Of a stretch of DNA of 38,176 bases, positions 19,889 through 29,382 are shown piece after piece (positions within the stretch are counted from its first letter, which is position 1; each line of letters starts with the position of its first letter). The DNA comes from Chrysochromulina tobinii. Lineage: Eukaryota. The notes below the pieces were generated by a model that was given only the letters and a program-made list of their open reading frames with translations, was not told where the DNA came from and ran no database searches. The position numbers and the translations under genes were made by a program. The DNA is taken from contig JWZX01003015.1 of the NCBI GenBank assembly GCA_001275005.1, positions 1 to 38,176 on the forward strand, given 5' to 3'.

Positions 19889-21193
19889 TTGCATGCAAAT
19901 CAGTTTCACAGCCAATGTTCACATTCCTTTTGCAAACGTTCCCGGTCGCGCCTCTCGGCCCTAGATGTCCGTGCATCGGGTCGCGTCGAGGCCCTTCCGG
20001 CCGGGTTCCGTGCGCGGCGTCAGTGTCTGATTGTACTACAAAAGCGCAGTCTACTGGGCCGTGCACACGGTGTCGCAGCACAGGAGGTCACTCGCTTTCT
20101 TCGAACAGCACCCAGCGTCATGGCGGTGTTCAACGCGTCAAATTGCATGCGTGACGCCCCACCCACACCTGAATACTTGCCATCGCCAGCATCGCTTCAC
20201 GTACCCTGCCCATCCTGGCGCGAGGTGGACGCAGGCGATCGGCCATGTGCCATGATTGACCACCTTCGGGCTGGTTATGCGAGCTACATACACCACGCGA
20301 TACACGGTGTCTTTGCGGCCCGAGGCAAGGGCCTCCGGCTCGTGCCACTTTTGCACCACTACGTGCGCAAGGAAGCCATCCATCATCGAATGGCAGAGGT
20401 GCCGATGGTCCGACAGGCCTTCTCCATCGATCGCCGTGCTCGATGGAACGGGACGAACGCGTCTTTGGCGCCTTGCCAATTAGCTCTTCTTGGGTGTGTG
20501 ACCGGGGTTGCGGAATCCAGCTGCGACTTTCGGCACGCACCTCGTATGGATATGAGCGGTCAGGCTCGGCGGCGCCATTCGCTCTTCCAGGTTGGCGCCG
20601 CGGCCCTCGCCCTGCTGCGGCCAGACCTCTCGCCTTTGGCGTCGCCGACGGCACACCTCCGGCTCGGCGGCCCATGTATTGCCGCGCAGCTTCGCTTTGG
20701 CGACTCGTGCGGCACCAACGCCTTCCACACGGGTCGGCGCTGTGGACCGGTGCAGGAGTACGTGGATGCGGTCGTGAAGCTGCGCGACCGCTACGGCATC
20801 ACACGAGTCGTGGCGGCGAGCGACTCCGCAATCTCTCTCGCCGAGTTTACGAGCCTGCTAGGCGCACGCGGCGTGCACGTGACCACCCTCACGCCGCCCG
20901 AGCGTCTGCAGGGCGACGCCATCCTGAGAGAGCGGAAGATGGTTGAACATGTCATGGTGCGCAACGCGACACTGGCGTGGGCAATGCTCGAAACCTTTCT
21001 CGTCGATCTGTACGGCCTCTCACAATCATGCGATGCGCTCGTCACCAAGTTCACCTCCAACATGGGCCGTCTGCTTCTCGAGCTCATCGCAGCGCGGCTA
21101 GGGCGCGTGCCGCCCTATATTTCGCTTGACGTCCCGTGGTGTTTTGGCAATCGCGCGGCCTCGCCTCATGGGCAGGGCTATTTTCCGTGCTAG
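19889..21193 (+). CDS. Alpha-1,6-fucosyltransferase (FUT8/NodZ, GT23)-like glycosyltransferase; start uncertain
   Basis: IAAQLRFGDSC (cf. vHvRrgD), EYVDAV, VVAASDS (cf. vylATD), DLYGLSQSCDALVTKFTSNMGRLLLEL, PPYISLD.PW. Confidence 0.65.
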   Translation: MHANQFHSQCSHSFCKRSRSRLSALDVRASGRVEALPAGFRARRQCLIVLQKRSLLGRAHGVAAQEVTRFLRTAPSVMAVFNASNCMRDAPPTPEYLPSPASLHVPCPSWREVDAGDRPCAMIDHLRAGYASYIHHAIHGVFAARGKGLRLVPLLHHYVRKEAIHHRMAEVPMVRQAFSIDRRARWNGTNASLAPCQLALLGCVTGVAESSCDFRHAPRMDMSGQARRRHSLFQVGAAALALLRPDLSPLASPTAHLRLGGPCIAAQLRFGDSCGTNAFHTGRRCGPVQEYVDAVVKLRDRYGITRVVAASDSAISLAEFTSLLGARGVHVTTLTPPERLQGDAILRERKMVEHVMVRNATLAWAMLETFLVDLYGLSQSCDALVTKFTSNMGRLLLELIAARLGRVPPYISLDVPWCFGNRAASPHGQGYFPC

Positions 21194-21423
21194 TGTTCAG
21201 TGTTCGACGCTATGGAACCAGACATGTGCTATCTAGCGCATCACATGAGCACTAGCCTGCTGAAATGCGCGACATGGACCGCATTAGTAGATATTTTCTC
21301 GCTCAGTGCACTCACTCGACCTTGTATTACTGGTATGGATACCGCACACGATGCGCTTCCAAAGCACAATGGCACGCCAGACCACCGATAGTCACACTGA
21401 CAGAATCCGGCCGCAACAGTTCA

Positions 21424-21885
21424 TCATGCGGCGTCCTCTGGGGCAGGCGTTAGCGTGTCCTCTGGGTCGCTGCCAGGCCAGTAATCGAGGATGTCGGAAT
21501 CTTCGTCTTCTTCGACTGGTGCGTCGCCGCCTGCATAGCGGCGTTCCAAGGCCTGGGAAAGCTCCGCCTGCCGTGCCCACGCTTCTTTCTGCTCGCGTTC
21601 CGCCCGCTCCTTTACCTCAAATGCGGCGATGGTAGCTGCAGCGATAGCTTCTGCTTTGGCCATCAACTCCGTGTACTCCTCAGCGGTTCTGCCGACAGCG
21701 TAACGCTTTGCGAGTGTGGCTTGGCGATCGGCGTCCGTGTCAAGGGTCTCGTCGGCGGCGGGCCACCGCGGAGAGAAGGGACCGCCATAGCATGTGCCCA
21801 GTGGCGGCACTGGTGCCTGCTTAACCACACGATGCGTGCGCTGGGTGCGTTGGGTGTACACATCAGCGAAGTTGCCGTGTGGCAT
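21424..21885 (-). CDS. Hypothetical protein with a coiled-coil and acidic tail
   Basis: Open frame from MPHGNF (ATG at 21885) with charged helical composition (AEEYTELMAKAEA...ERAEREQKEAWARQAEL). No family recognised. Confidence 0.4.
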   Translation of the reverse strand: MPHGNFADVYTQRTQRTHRVVKQAPVPPLGTCYGGPFSPRWPAADETLDTDADRQATLAKRYAVGRTAEEYTELMAKAEAIAAATIAAFEVKERAEREQKEAWARQAELSQALERRYAGGDAPVEEDEDSDILDYWPGSDPEDTLTPAPEDAA

Positions 21886-22093
21886 CGGCGGATCGGGGCA
21901 CAAATGACGTTTTTTTGGACGTTTTCCGAAATTTCGTGAACAAATCACATGCGTCGCAAGAACGAGGAATAGAGCATACATGTACTTCTAACACACAGAG
22001 CTTTGCTGGCATGCCTTATACATGTATCAGGTTTGTTCATATTTTTTGATTCCACACCCTTTTGACTTTCCTTTTATGGGTCCCTGGGCCTTC

Positions 22094-24727
22094 ATGCTGC
22101 GACTCGCTTTCCTCACGCTGTTGGCTGACATTGTTGCGCGAGATGTGCGATCGCGAGATGCGCGACTTGTGAGTATCTTACAACCGTCCGCATCCCCTTT
22201 ACCGCAAGCCGCTTTTCCGCTACCGGATCCCAAAGGCACACAGCAAGCGCACGAGGTGGACCCGCTACCGCACCACGCATCGACGTCACCGGGATCCAAA
22301 GGTGCGCCACGGACTGTCCAGGTGGACCCTTCACCGCAATATGACGACGCTCTTCCGCCACCGGTTCCCAAAGCCACGTGCAAGCTCCGCATCATCTCGT
22401 CGTGCGACAAGTACACGGTGGCCTGGCTTCACTCGTATGCGGACCTGCTCGCCACGCGTGCTAACAGCAGCTTGCTGCCGAACGGCCTGTGGGATACTTC
22501 GGACGCAAGCTCAGACCCGCTCAACTTGCCGATCACCGTGCAGGCAGCGCTCATCAACCAGCAGGTCGTGCGCCACGCGAGCGATGTGAGGCTGACGCTC
22601 GTCGCGTCTCCTGATGCGGACGAAAACGGCGTGGCGCTCGGAGGCCGACTGCTCGCCTGGTACAAGATTCAAATCGTCCAGGAGGCACTCAGGCGGCCCG
22701 ATCTCCAGGGGTGCAAATACATCGCGTGGATCGATCCCGATGCCTTCCTCTCGGAGCCCGACGTGGACTACGCCGCCGCCATCGATGCACTTCCACTCTT
22801 TCTCAGGTCCGACCGGGTGCCCTCTGGTCCATTCGCGTCTCTCGCGCTCTCTGCTCAAGCCCAAGACGAGTCCACTGGCGCGATGACAAGCCTGCCCCAG
22901 CTCGCCATGGCCGCCTCAGTCGAAGCCACGATCCCAGGGATCCTCGAGGACATGTGCCCCGACTGCCACTTCAATGGCGGCGTGCTCCTGTTCAACGCGG
23001 AGCACCCGAAACTGCCGGAGCTCCTCGAGGATTGGTGGAGGGCGCCGCTCACGGGCGTGTGCATCCCCGACATGGCGACGGTGCGCCTGGCCGAGCAGTC
23101 GTGCCTCAACTGGCTCGTCGAGTGGAACGGTCCCACTCGCACGCAGTACCGGCATGTCGTCGGAGAGGCCGATTTCCTCACGATCAACACGCCGGCCGGC
23201 CGGATGGTCCGGCACAGCTGGACCGAGTATCGCGGGAACGTGAGCCACGAGGACGTCTTCCGAGCGCACATGAGCATGGTCGGGCTGTGGAACCATACGA
23301 TCGCGCGCCAGCTGCTCCTCGAGCTTCCCGCGCTTGTGACCAACGTGTCGTGGCGGCTCGCCCACAACGACATCAACGAGGCCATTCTACTCACCCGCCA
23401 GCAGCCCCGGAAGCAGCAGTGGGTGCCCGAGGGCTCCGCAAACTTCCATGATGCGGGCGAGAAGGCAGCGGCACAGCATCGGAGCGATCTGTGGCATCGC
23501 TACGACACGCCCAGGCTGCCCAGCGGCGTGCCCAACCTTGGGCAGGGCCCACTCGTGGCTTACACGCACGACGAGGAGCCCGACGCGCCGCTGCCCCCCG
23601 AGTCTGAGTCGTCGCACGTACTGGCCTCGAGTGAGTGCGAGGCTGTCTTCGCCGTGTACGACAGCCTCACCGAGCTGGCCGACGCGCTCGGGCACGTCCG
23701 CTGCGATCGTATCTACGTGTACACTAAGCAGGTGAGCTGTGCCGCCATCCGCGCATCGGACAGCGTGAATGAGGCGCTCATGGGGCGATCTCGCGGGACG
23801 CAACTACTTGCAAGCCAGCAGCCCAATGTCTTCTCCACCTTTTTCCGGTGGATGCAGGGCGCGCTGGGCTGGCAAAAGGACGAGAAGGAGACGATACCGT
23901 CGGGTGGCGCACCGTCGGCCTATTGGTGGAATGATGAGAAGGCTCCCGCCTTCGAGTGTGTCCAACTGCCCAACGTGGGGAGAGAGCAGCACTCCTTTCT
24001 CGAGCACGTGACGCGCCATTGGGTCGGAGCGAACTTTGCGCGTGAGGTGCTCTTTGTGCCCGTGCCCATCGACAGCCACCACCGCGACGACGCCCTCGCG
24101 CGCGCCATTCGGCTTTCGGATGACTGGAAGGAGCGCCCGAGCTTCGACTGCCGCGTCATGCGACCCGACGGTTTCAACGCTTCCCAGGAGCTGCTCTCCT
24201 TCCCGTGGCTCTACGCGTCGACGACCACGGGTGGCGAAGCCGAGAGGACTCCGGTGATGCTCGCCTCGGGCGTGCCTCCAACTAGCCCGGAGCTGCGCGT
24301 CTCGCGTGCCGGCGCGACCAACTTGCACTTTGCGGGCTCCTTCCGATTCGGGCATGCGAACGCCTCGTGCTACGGCTCCAACGCTGACGGCCCCGCTCAC
24401 TCGTGCCTCGACTTCTACCTCAAGGTCTATGACAAAGGGGAGACCCGCCAGGTGCCAGCAGACGTGCGCCCGCTCTGGGCTTGGGCGGAGCGTCATCAGG
24501 GCATACCCGTACGCACGCTCGCGGGCGTGCCTATCTGCAAAGGAGGCTTCGCACGTACATGGAGTGGCAACATCATGGCCAAACCCCTCGGCTTCTACGT
24601 CGGGCTCAAGGCGCAACTTGAGGCGGGTGGCGTCTCGCCCGAGGCCGGCCACTACATGGAGCGACTCATGGCCGCCGTCTACGGCCCGAACGCGGCGGAA
24701 TGGTGCACGGCGCCGGACTGCATGTGA
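22094..24727 (+). CDS. Secreted/Golgi protein: GT34 (GMA12/MNN10)-like domain plus C-terminal DUF3431-like domain
   Basis: Signal-like MLRLAFLTLLA (upstream ATGs at 22022 and 22076). WYKI...YIAWIDPDAF (DxD), FNGGVLLF, LLEDWW, EQS.L. Then IYVYTK, LPNVGREQHSFLEHV...W, FY..L...L and PEAGHYMERL..AVY. Confidence 0.7.
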   Translation: MLRLAFLTLLADIVARDVRSRDARLVSILQPSASPLPQAAFPLPDPKGTQQAHEVDPLPHHASTSPGSKGAPRTVQVDPSPQYDDALPPPVPKATCKLRIISSCDKYTVAWLHSYADLLATRANSSLLPNGLWDTSDASSDPLNLPITVQAALINQQVVRHASDVRLTLVASPDADENGVALGGRLLAWYKIQIVQEALRRPDLQGCKYIAWIDPDAFLSEPDVDYAAAIDALPLFLRSDRVPSGPFASLALSAQAQDESTGAMTSLPQLAMAASVEATIPGILEDMCPDCHFNGGVLLFNAEHPKLPELLEDWWRAPLTGVCIPDMATVRLAEQSCLNWLVEWNGPTRTQYRHVVGEADFLTINTPAGRMVRHSWTEYRGNVSHEDVFRAHMSMVGLWNHTIARQLLLELPALVTNVSWRLAHNDINEAILLTRQQPRKQQWVPEGSANFHDAGEKAAAQHRSDLWHRYDTPRLPSGVPNLGQGPLVAYTHDEEPDAPLPPESESSHVLASSECEAVFAVYDSLTELADALGHVRCDRIYVYTKQVSCAAIRASDSVNEALMGRSRGTQLLASQQPNVFSTFFRWMQGALGWQKDEKETIPSGGAPSAYWWNDEKAPAFECVQLPNVGREQHSFLEHVTRHWVGANFAREVLFVPVPIDSHHRDDALARAIRLSDDWKERPSFDCRVMRPDGFNASQELLSFPWLYASTTTGGEAERTPVMLASGVPPTSPELRVSRAGATNLHFAGSFRFGHANASCYGSNADGPAHSCLDFYLKVYDKGETRQVPADVRPLWAWAERHQGIPVRTLAGVPICKGGFARTWSGNIMAKPLGFYVGLKAQLEAGGVSPEAGHYMERLMAAVYGPNAAEWCTAPDCM

Positions 24728-25037
24728 TCCAGACTAGTCGAGTGCGTGCGCATAGTGTAGCCATCCGATGCAGTCGTTGCGCTTGTGATGTGCATGGGGT
24801 ATTGTGTGCAGAGGTGGTGCGCGGTCGTCGGGGCGGCGCCGGCGGCGGTTGGTCGTGTCGTGTCTCGGAACGCTTAAGCACTAGGCTGAGCGGAGCGAGC
24901 TGGACTGTCCCCTGGGTGAGCGTTGACGCCTGACCGGGGGCGAGGTGTGCGTGCGACATGGGTGCGAGGGAAACCCATTCATTTATAATATTTTATTTAT
25001 CTTCGTAGTATAATTTGGATCATGTATACATCTGAAA

Positions 25038-27005
25038 TCAACGATGTCCTATGCCGAGATCGAGCAGCGCCTCCTCCGCAGTCTTCATGGCACCGATGAG
25101 GACGAGCGGCACACCGTTGCCGGGCCGCGTGTTTGCACCCACCCAGTGCAGACCACGCACACCCTTATGGCGTCGTGCCGGGCGAGCGAGCGCGAGCTGC
25201 TCGAGGTTGTGCGAGAGCCCAAAGACCGAGCCGCGCCGCAGCCCATAGGCGTCTCGCCAGCCAGGGGGGGTGCGCACGCGCTCGTCCACGATCGTCGCTC
25301 CGAAGCCCTCCATACCAGCGCTCTCGAAGGTTTGTATCACCGCGTCGCGCGCGCGGGCTACCATGCGCTCGGTCGCCGCGCTTACGTCGGCCGCGCTCAT
25401 GCGCTCATCGAGGGGAGGTACGGGCACGAGGACCATGACGGCGTCGTCCGTGGGCAGCTCGCAACACGAAGGGTCCGTTCTCGCCGGGGCATGCACGTAA
25501 AAGTGAAGCGGCGCCGAAGCGAGCCGCTCGTCCCAGCGAGCATACTCCGCAGCGTCGAAGAGGCCTCGCCACGCATCGGCCGGCGCCAGGAACACATTAT
25601 GATGCCGCAGCTCCGCGTAGCGTCGATCGAGGCACCAGTAAAACGAGACGGTGGACGACGAGTAGCGCCATCCCCCCGCGCGGAGGAGCCCTTCTGTCGC
25701 TGTCGTCGGCGGCGGTGCCATCGTCTCCGCCACCTCGGCGACGTGGGGAACCGCCGCACCCATTGCCGTCTTGAGCGCCACTGCCACCGCGGTGGCCGCC
25801 CGCTGCACCGTGCGCCCGATCGTAGCTAGTCGCTCGCTCGACGTGATCTCGGACTGCTCCGCATACTCGGAGCGCCGCAGGGCGGGCGGTAGAAGCAGAG
25901 GCTCTGCCGCAGCGAGGTCAGCATTGACGATGACACAGTCAGCATCGAGCAGTTGCGACTCCAGTTGCGACCCAGGCACTGCTGGTGTCGACATCGGGCT
26001 AGCTGTGACTGCGCCCGCACCTACGCAAAATTCGACGCACGGGTCGCCGCCTCGAACCGCCGTGTCCACGCCTCTGCTGCCACGTGCCGCCGCCGCTGCC
26101 ACCACGCGCACGCCTTGCACTGTGCCATCTCTGACGACGATCTCTTCGACGCGGGTGTTCCAGCGGACCTGGACGCCATTCGCCTCGACGGCTGCGAGCA
26201 GTGCGTCACGCACCGTTCCCCAACCACCTCGCGGGTAGAAGACGCCACTGTCCGAGTCACCTGCGCTCGGAAGTTCGATTGCCTGTAGCAACGAGAAGAC
26301 GGCAGGCGCACGCTCCGGCGCGAGCCCGACGTATAGGTCCTGGAAAGCAGCTAGCTCGCGGTGGCGCGCGGCCTTAAAGAGGTCAGCAAGCTGACCACCA
26401 TGCGATCGAAGGGGCCAGTCTCGCAGCGGGCTCGCCTTCGCGCCGGTGCCGAGCAGCGCGCTCTGTAGGAAGCGAGGCAGTGTCGCAAGCGATGCACCGT
26501 CGAACGTCTCCTTGATGAAGATCGGCAGACCACTCGCAAGGTTGGCGCGGGCGCCACCGAGATAATGGCAGTACGTGTCGTACGCGCCAGGTTCGACGGC
26601 GTCCATCTTCGTGCGCAGCGCCGCCTCGCAGGCGGCATCGCCGCCAATCTCCAGTGGTGTTGGACCGCCATCATTGAAGTGCACAGCGTAGCTCGGGTTG
26701 CACCGTGCGAGGTCGAGGTGTGCATCTGGATCCACGCCGAGCGATGCAAATGCATCTCGATAGATGCTCGGCAGCAGCAGCAGGCTCGGGCCCGTCTCAA
26801 AACGGTAGGCGCGGCCATTGGCTGCAGTGACGCACTCACACGCCAAACGCCCACCCGCGGCCGCACGCGAGTTCTTCTCAAGGAGCGTCACAGCCACGCC
26901 CTCCCGCGCCAGCTTGGCCGCCGCGTACAACCCGCCGACGCCACCGCCGACGACGACCGCGCGCGGCGGTGGCGCACCAACGACCATGAAGGCGCTTAGA
27001 AACAT
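25038..27005 (-). CDS. crtI: CrtI-type (bacterial/fungal) phytoene desaturase family flavoprotein
   Basis: VVVGGGVGGL..A..LA..G..VTLLEKN, GGR, YRFETGPSLLL.P, FQDLYVGLAP..APAVFSLL, FYPRGG, NADL, L.HHNVFL, FYVHAPARTDPS, VLVPVP, GSVFGLSH...RP, GL.WVGANTRPGNGVPLVL. Confidence 0.82.
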   Translation of the reverse strand: MFLSAFMVVGAPPPRAVVVGGGVGGLYAAAKLAREGVAVTLLEKNSRAAAGGRLACECVTAANGRAYRFETGPSLLLLPSIYRDAFASLGVDPDAHLDLARCNPSYAVHFNDGGPTPLEIGGDAACEAALRTKMDAVEPGAYDTYCHYLGGARANLASGLPIFIKETFDGASLATLPRFLQSALLGTGAKASPLRDWPLRSHGGQLADLFKAARHRELAAFQDLYVGLAPERAPAVFSLLQAIELPSAGDSDSGVFYPRGGWGTVRDALLAAVEANGVQVRWNTRVEEIVVRDGTVQGVRVVAAAAARGSRGVDTAVRGGDPCVEFCVGAGAVTASPMSTPAVPGSQLESQLLDADCVIVNADLAAAEPLLLPPALRRSEYAEQSEITSSERLATIGRTVQRAATAVAVALKTAMGAAVPHVAEVAETMAPPPTTATEGLLRAGGWRYSSSTVSFYWCLDRRYAELRHHNVFLAPADAWRGLFDAAEYARWDERLASAPLHFYVHAPARTDPSCCELPTDDAVMVLVPVPPLDERMSAADVSAATERMVARARDAVIQTFESAGMEGFGATIVDERVRTPPGWRDAYGLRRGSVFGLSHNLEQLALARPARRHKGVRGLHWVGANTRPGNGVPLVLIGAMKTAEEALLDLGIGHR

Positions 27006-27228
27006 GGAGAACCTCCAGGCTCCCCTGGCGTGAGAGAAACCAAAGGCTGTGAAACAGCTGAGCCGGCGGAACGTCCGCACTTCTTGGGGCCCCGAGAAGG
27101 CACCAACTCACATTTGAAAAGGTCGTGCCTTCAAGAGACTCCAGATTGCGAGCACCTCTGGCAAGTTTTTCAGTGGTCCACAGCCTCGCGCGAGAGAAGC
27201 AGCTGACCACTGCGCGCGCGCGAGCGCG

Positions 27229-27795
27229 ATGACCGAGTACAAGCTCGTGGTCGTCGGTGGCGGTGGCGTGGGCAAGTCGGCGCTCACGATTCAGCTTATC
27301 CAAAATCAGTTCGTGGACGAGTACGATCCGACCATTGAGGACTCGTACCGGAAGCAGGTGACGGTTGACGAGGAGACGTGCCTGCTTGACATCCTCGATA
27401 CTGCGGGCCAGGAGGAATACTCGGCGATGCGCGACCAGTACATGAGGAGCGGGCAGGGCTTCTTATGCGTGTATAGCATAGCCAATAAGGGCAGCTTTGA
27501 GGAGATAGCCACCTTCCGCGAGCAGATTCTCAGGGTCAAAGACGCTGACAAGGTGCCCATGGTAATCGTCGGCAACAAGTCGGACCTTGGGGAGGAGCGC
27601 CAGGTATCGCAGGCAGAGGGCAAGGAGCTGGCTGCTTGCTATGGCTGCCCATGGATGGAGACCTCGGCTAAAACGCGGATCCGGTGCGAGGATTGCTTCT
27701 ATGAGCTGGTGCGAGAGATCCGCAAGTCGGCGGAAGCCGAGCTGAAGTCCAAGAGGAAGAAGGCCTATCGTGGCACCAAGTGTGCCGTCCTGTAG
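27229..27795 (+). CDS. RAS: Ras small GTPase
   Basis: [26 protein letters not shown], effector [38 protein letters not shown], polybasic tail and CaaX (CAVL). Confidence 0.97.
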   Translation: MTEYKLVVVGGGGVGKSALTIQLIQNQFVDEYDPTIEDSYRKQVTVDEETCLLDILDTAGQEEYSAMRDQYMRSGQGFLCVYSIANKGSFEEIATFREQILRVKDADKVPMVIVGNKSDLGEERQVSQAEGKELAACYGCPWMETSAKTRIRCEDCFYELVREIRKSAEAELKSKRKKAYRGTKCAVL

Positions 27796-27942
27796 GAACA
27801 TCCCCTTCTCCGTGCGGCTGCGTCGCCGACCCTATCTACTAGCTATATTGGTCACAGTGTCTATGTGTAACAGTGCTGACGTCCTAGAACGAATTAACGA
27901 TACCATCGGGCCGGCGGGCGCGACGACACGCACCGGTGCACA

Positions 27943-29130
27943 TCACACCTTGTTCGCCGCCACACCTAGCCACTTGTGGAGCAGCAGATCGCCAAACGGC
28001 GTCGTTGCGAGTTGCTCGAGGCCAACTCCTTCCGTGGCCCGTATTAACGTGTTGAACGCCTCCGCCGCTCTCGAGCCCAGCTTGCGCCGTCGCCGGCGCG
28101 CATTCCGGAGTGCGCGCTGCTGTGCGCGGCGCGCGGATTCGGCTGGCACGAGCGCGCCGTACTGCGGGTATCGGAAGTAGGTGAAAGAGAAGCGTTCGGT
28201 GGGCGGCGGCGGCAGCAGCACGCGATGCACCGGAGCGACGAAGCTGCCGTTGGAGATCGCCGAGAGATAGTCGCCGAGGATGATGACTATCTCCCCCGGC
28301 TCGGCGGGCACGTCGATCCACTCGGCCGCATCCGGGCGGCGAGCCTGCAGCCCACCCGTCGTGTCCTGCACCACGATCGTGAGTAGGTGCCAGTCTGAGT
28401 GGGGCGAGGAACCGATGCGAGGAACAGCCGGCGCCACGTGCGGCGCAGTGGTGTTCGGAAAGTAGTGGAAGAGGCGCATGAGCGAGATGGGCTCGCCGCC
28501 CGTCGCGAGCGCACCGAGGAAGCCCGCCTCGTGCCCCATTGCAACAGAGAGCGCCCGCAGCAGCTGGTTAGAGAGCGCCTCGCACGCTTGCAGGTGTCGT
28601 AGCATGGTGGGCACCCACGCGGGGCCGAGCGCACGCTCATGCTCGTCGGGCCACGCATTGGGCGAGAGCAACAGCTTCAGCCCGTTCGATTCGGTCGTCG
28701 CATTCGATGACGTCGCGGTCGATTCGTTGCCATCGGGCTCCGCGCCATAGCAAAAGCCTTCTTTGAGCTCCACGTAATCACGAAGGCCACTCTCGCCTGC
28801 GAGCGGAATGTAGCCGCGCTTGAAGCCACCGACGCCGGTGGCACTCTTTGCGCTCCACTTAACCGCCTCGGGAAGCGCGAAGAAGCTGCGAGATGCTTCG
28901 AGTGCCGCTTCCACGTCGACGCTGTCGGCGGCAAGCCGGAACACTCCGAGTGAGGAGGCCGCAATACGGAGCTGCTTGACGTTGACCTCGGAGACGTTGA
29001 CGAGCAGCGGCACGGCGGTTGCGGACGCGGCATCCGATCGTAGAGTGCCCACGAGCAGCCCGATGGCAGCCGACGCGAGGCCGACGACCAGCGCCGCGAG
29101 AGGCGGCGGCAGGCCAACGAAGGGAACCAT
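27943..29130 (-). CDS. 2-oxoglutarate/Fe(II) dioxygenase (IPNS/DIOX_N family) with an N-terminal TM
   Basis: GVFRL, SRSFFALP, RGY, LKEGF, PNAWP, MRLFHY, HSD (HxD), LTIV.QD..GGLQ, W.DVP, GD.L..ISNG, PVHRV, ERFS. An upstream ATG lies at 29175. Confidence 0.88.
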   Translation of the reverse strand: MVPFVGLPPPLAALVVGLASAAIGLLVGTLRSDAASATAVPLLVNVSEVNVKQLRIAASSLGVFRLAADSVDVEAALEASRSFFALPEAVKWSAKSATGVGGFKRGYIPLAGESGLRDYVELKEGFCYGAEPDGNESTATSSNATTESNGLKLLLSPNAWPDEHERALGPAWVPTMLRHLQACEALSNQLLRALSVAMGHEAGFLGALATGGEPISLMRLFHYFPNTTAPHVAPAVPRIGSSPHSDWHLLTIVVQDTTGGLQARRPDAAEWIDVPAEPGEIVIILGDYLSAISNGSFVAPVHRVLLPPPPTERFSFTYFRYPQYGALVPAESARRAQQRALRNARRRRRKLGSRAAEAFNTLIRATEGVGLEQLATTPFGDLLLHKWLGVAANKV

Positions 29131-29382
29131 ATGATCTGCCGACGATGAATGACCGCGTGCGCGAGCACTTTTCATGCACGCACCTTTCGCAGTGTACAGG
29201 AAGGCACTTTTCGGATCCCGTTATCTCGAGCCCCTCAGGGAACTTGGGAGATCGACTCTATTTCGTGGCCGAAGTCGCTTTTCGTGCTTAGATGCTAACG
29301 AGGTGTGCTCAGACGACGGGCCCTTTCACGACGGTGGTGATATCCGAGGGCCAGTTGTGGCCGGCGCTGAGCGGCTGCAAAA

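Noticed and set aside
25038..29130. Biosynthetic gene cluster (CrtI, 2OG oxygenase, reductases, glycosyltransferases)
   Set aside because: The genes are interspersed with housekeeping genes (Ras, Sec63, AMPD), there is no scaffold synthase, and nothing in the sequence indicates a shared pathway.
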